From a virus (Duplodnaviria; Caudoviricetes), in the IMG/VR virus record IMGVR_UViG_3300030107_002626, positions 1 to 55,309 of that record: DNA of 55,309 bases; one strand, given 5' to 3'. Made by a program: the position numbers and the translations under genes. Numbering within the stretch: the stretch's first letter is position 1; the number at the start of each line of letters is the position of its first letter. This document shows, piece after piece, positions 52,450 through 55,309 of the stretch. Below the pieces are notes generated by a model that had not been told where the DNA came from, ran no database searches, and was given only the letters and a program-made list of their open reading frames with translations.

Positions 52450-54636
52450 ATGGCAACTTATGTAAATGATCTCCGACTCAAAGAAATTGCCACTGGTGAC
52501 GAAAGCGGAACTTGGGGAACGAGCACTAATACTAACCTTGAGCTTATTGGTGAGGCTCTAGGGTACGGAACGCAAAACTGTTTTAGCTCTGATGCAAATG
52601 CCACGACCACGGTGGCGGATGGTGCGACGGACCCTGCCCGGGCCATGTACTTCAAGGTGACCTCCTCCGCAACGTTGAGTGCAACTCGTGAGCTAACTAT
52701 TGCTCCTAATACTGTTAGTCGCGTCATGATCATTGAGAACGCAACTACTGGGTCTCAAATAATTACGATCAAGCAGGGTTCGGGCAATACGGTCAATGTA
52801 GGCAATGGGGCCGTGAAGGTTCTCTATCTTGATGGAGCTGGATCAGGTGCCGCTGTTCAGGATGCATTGGTTGACCTTGATCTGACAGGCACAACTACTG
52901 CGGTCACGGTGACGGCTTCCGGCGTCATTACGGGCCTAACAGTTGAGGCGACTGGAGATACTGCGGCTGGCGACAATGCTGCAATGGGCTATACCAGTAC
53001 AGAAGGTTTGATCCTTACGGGACAGGGAAGTACAAACGATGTCACGATCAAGAACGATGCTGACGCTGATGTTCTTGAGATCCCAACCGGGACAACAAAT
53101 GTAACAGTTGTCGGGGATATTATTACTGCAAGTACGTTGCAAGCCACTGGTGATACCGCTGCCGGGGATGATGCCGCTATCGGCTACACCAGCGCAGAAG
53201 GTCTTATCCTTACGGGCCAAGGCAGCACAAATGATGTGACGATTAAGAACGACGCTGATGCCGATGTTCTTGAGATACCTACAGGGACAACGAATGTAAC
53301 AGTTGTCGGTGACATTATTACTGCAAGTACGTTACAGGCTACAGGAGATACCGCTGCCGGAGACGACGCTGCAATTGGGTACACCAGCGCGGAAGGCATC
53401 ATTATTACAGGCCAAGGCAGTAGTACTGACGTAACCGTTAAAAATGACGCTGACGCAACGGTTATGTCTATCGCAACTGGAACGACTCAGGCCACGTTTG
53501 CGGGAGAAGTTGTAGCGGCTTCGCTAGACATAAGCGGCAATATCGACGTAGACGGCACCAGCAACTTAGATGCTGTAGACATTGACGGTGCTGTCCAGAT
53601 TGATAGCACAGTAACTGTAGGCGTAGATGACACGGGCTACGACGTTAAATTCTTTGGTGCTACTTCAGGCGCATACATGCTCTGGGACGAGAGTGCTGAT
53701 GACTTGAAGCTAGTAGGAGCCGCAGGATTAACTGTTGCTGGTGATATTGACGTTGACGGAACAACCAACTTAGATGCTGTCGATATTGACGGTGCCGTTC
53801 AGATTGATAGCACGGTCACGGTAGGTGCAGACGACACTGGTTATGACGTTAAGTTTTTCGGGGCCACCGCTAGTGCTTACATGCATTGGGATGAATCTGA
53901 GGATGATCTTATCCTCGCCGGTGCAGCAAAACTCGGTGTAGGCACGGCACCAGACGTGCGGTTGCACGTTCAGGAGAATGGCGAACCTCCAGCAGAAGGG
54001 ATGCTGATCTTAGAGGCAAATTCTGCCAGCCGTCAGCTACGCATTCAGCCCCCCACAAATTCAGATAATGGCTTCATAGACTATCGCGGCGGGAACCTGA
54101 CCTTCCTTGACGATGGTACTGAGGTAGCGAGGTTTCAAGGGTCTGATTCCTTCGATTTGAAAGGTCCAAAGCTCAAAATATACACGAGCGATGATCAGGT
54201 AAATTATTACGCGTTTTATACGCACACTGACGACACGCTACGCATCAATTACAACAATGCCGGCAATGATGAGTGGATGATGAACTCGGACGGTGATGTG
54301 TCAATCAGGGGTGACCTGACACAAAATGCGTCGACATCCGACATCCGCTTGAAGGAAGAAATTTCAGTCATCCCTGACGCGGTAGAAAAGGTCGAATCTC
54401 TTCGCGGCGTCGTATTCAAATTCAAAGAGACGGGAAAAGCTGGGACCGGACTTATCGCGCAAGAGGTGCAGAAGGTTTTACCGGAAGCCGTGTATACCGC
54501 GCCCCCGAGGGATGAAGGCGACGACCTTCTTGCGCTTCACTATGGAAACATTGTTGGTCTGCTGGTCGAAGCAATTAAAGAGCAGAGTGTCCAGATTCAA
54601 GCTCTGACAAAACGTGTCGAGGAATTGGAGAATTAG
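52450..54636 (+). CDS. Tail fibre with C-terminal intramolecular chaperone (peptidase S74-like)
   Basis: GDESGTWG N-terminus, internal repeats, SDIRLKEEI..GLIAQEV..YGNIVGLLVEAIKE; start reset to ATG 52450. Confidence 0.88.
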   Translation: MATYVNDLRLKEIATGDESGTWGTSTNTNLELIGEALGYGTQNCFSSDANATTTVADGATDPARAMYFKVTSSATLSATRELTIAPNTVSRVMIIENATTGSQIITIKQGSGNTVNVGNGAVKVLYLDGAGSGAAVQDALVDLDLTGTTTAVTVTASGVITGLTVEATGDTAAGDNAAMGYTSTEGLILTGQGSTNDVTIKNDADADVLEIPTGTTNVTVVGDIITASTLQATGDTAAGDDAAIGYTSAEGLILTGQGSTNDVTIKNDADADVLEIPTGTTNVTVVGDIITASTLQATGDTAAGDDAAIGYTSAEGIIITGQGSSTDVTVKNDADATVMSIATGTTQATFAGEVVAASLDISGNIDVDGTSNLDAVDIDGAVQIDSTVTVGVDDTGYDVKFFGATSGAYMLWDESADDLKLVGAAGLTVAGDIDVDGTTNLDAVDIDGAVQIDSTVTVGADDTGYDVKFFGATASAYMHWDESEDDLILAGAAKLGVGTAPDVRLHVQENGEPPAEGMLILEANSASRQLRIQPPTNSDNGFIDYRGGNLTFLDDGTEVARFQGSDSFDLKGPKLKIYTSDDQVNYYAFYTHTDDTLRINYNNAGNDEWMMNSDGDVSIRGDLTQNASTSDIRLKEEISVIPDAVEKVESLRGVVFKFKETGKAGTGLIAQEVQKVLPEAVYTAPPRDEGDDLLALHYGNIVGLLVEAIKEQSVQIQALTKRVEELEN
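52948..53930 (+). repeat. Intragenic tandem repeats in the tail fibre
   Basis: 195-nt (65-aa) units at 52948, 53143, 53338; 204-nt (68-aa) units at 53536, 53740. Confidence 0.85.
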
Positions 54637-54965
54637 TGATGGCTACGTGGCAAATTGAAACGTTGAAGCACCAAAACAACGCCGACAAGATCGTCACGCA
54701 AGCTCATTGGCGATGCTTCGACGCAACAGAAGTAGATGGGAATTTACACACAGCAGACGAGCATGGTTCTATCGCGCTTGACGGGATAACAGCCGATGCG
54801 GCTGGCTTTATCGCTTATTCTGATTTGAGTGAATCGAAGTGTCTTGAATGGGTGTATGCAAAACTAAACAAAAATGAGATCGAAACGAAGGTGGCAGATG
54901 CGCTCACTGCATTAGTAAGTCCACCCATTAAATCTGGCACACCTTGGATAACCGAAGCGAATTAA
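54636..54965 (+). CDS. Putative tail-fibre-associated protein
   Basis: TWQI..HWRC..FIAYSDL..WV..GTPW; follows the fibre gene. Confidence 0.7.
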   Translation: MMATWQIETLKHQNNADKIVTQAHWRCFDATEVDGNLHTADEHGSIALDGITADAAGFIAYSDLSESKCLEWVYAKLNKNEIETKVADALTALVSPPIKSGTPWITEAN

Positions 54966-54966
54966 G

Positions 54967-55170
54967 ATGAGCGAGCTAGACCCTGCAAATAAAGCTCTTG
55001 CTGAAATCGAGGCCCACGAACGAGAGTGTCGTCTGAGATACGAAGCGATTGAAGCGAGCCTTAAACGCGGGGAAAAGCGTTTTGACAAGCTGGATAACAT
55101 GATCTGGGGAATTTACGCAGCCCTTATCGCGGTAGTTATTTTCCCACAGGTCTTAAAACTTGTGACTTAA
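54967..55170 (+). CDS. Small coiled-coil + TM protein (XhlA-like)
   Basis: HERECRLRY..RFDKLD followed by a hydrophobic C-terminus. Confidence 0.65.
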   Translation: MSELDPANKALAEIEAHERECRLRYEAIEASLKRGEKRFDKLDNMIWGIYAALIAVVIFPQVLKLVT

Positions 55171-55171
55171 C

Positions 55172-55309
55172 ATGGCTATTAACAGCATCGACCAGACAAC
55201 CGGGAACCCTCCAGTGATTGCTTGGAGGCGGGTGGCTAATCGTCAGATGCAAGAGTTGGTCATGGCGTCTGATGGCGCTCCTGTCAAAAAGGTAACCGAA
55301 GTTTCCGAG
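55172..55309 (+). CDS. Hypothetical protein, truncated by window end
   Basis: ATG 55172, 46 open codons to the end. Confidence 0.55.
   Translation, partial: MAINSIDQTTGNPPVIAWRRVANRQMQELVMASDGAPVKKVTEVSE

Noticed and set aside
52948-53930. Diversity-generating retroelement TR/VR pair
   Set aside because: No reverse transcriptase; repeats are in-frame tandem units with mostly synonymous, not adenine-specific, differences
55172-55309. Exact circular closure: the final 46 codons join in frame with 1-27 (PTNVQTFD*)
   Set aside because: One-in-three chance coincidence and no terminal overlap seen; closure cannot be claimed

Overview
Near-complete genome of a ~55 kb tailed dsDNA phage with podovirus-like architecture. 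Host unknown; sigma70-like promoter and AGGAG RBSs. Modules: lysis (0-2 kb, +); tail nozzle, ejection proteins and a 2791-aa polyvalent protein (3.7-22.2 kb, +); recombination/DNA metabolism (22.2-26.5 kb, -); RusA and primase-helicase (26.6-29.1 kb, +); a putative early operon with an AAA ATPase/DUF3150-like/VWA-metallopeptidase triad (29.6-36.2 kb, -); packaging, head and tail (36.6-55.3 kb, +). I recognised no DNA polymerase, integrase or repressor. The main finding is five hammerhead ribozymes (one type III, four type I), each with an intact catalytic core, in the intergenic spaces of the minus-strand operon. Each lies just upstream of a shared ACTAGGAG RBS. Together they suggest a self-processing polycistronic mRNA. 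Other notable signals: a parS-like palindrome after the capsid gene, tandem NrdR-box-like sites after the primase-helicase, TonB-box-like motifs in an ejection protein, and a tandem covarying hairpin before groES. All product calls come from motif recognition by eye; no database search was run.
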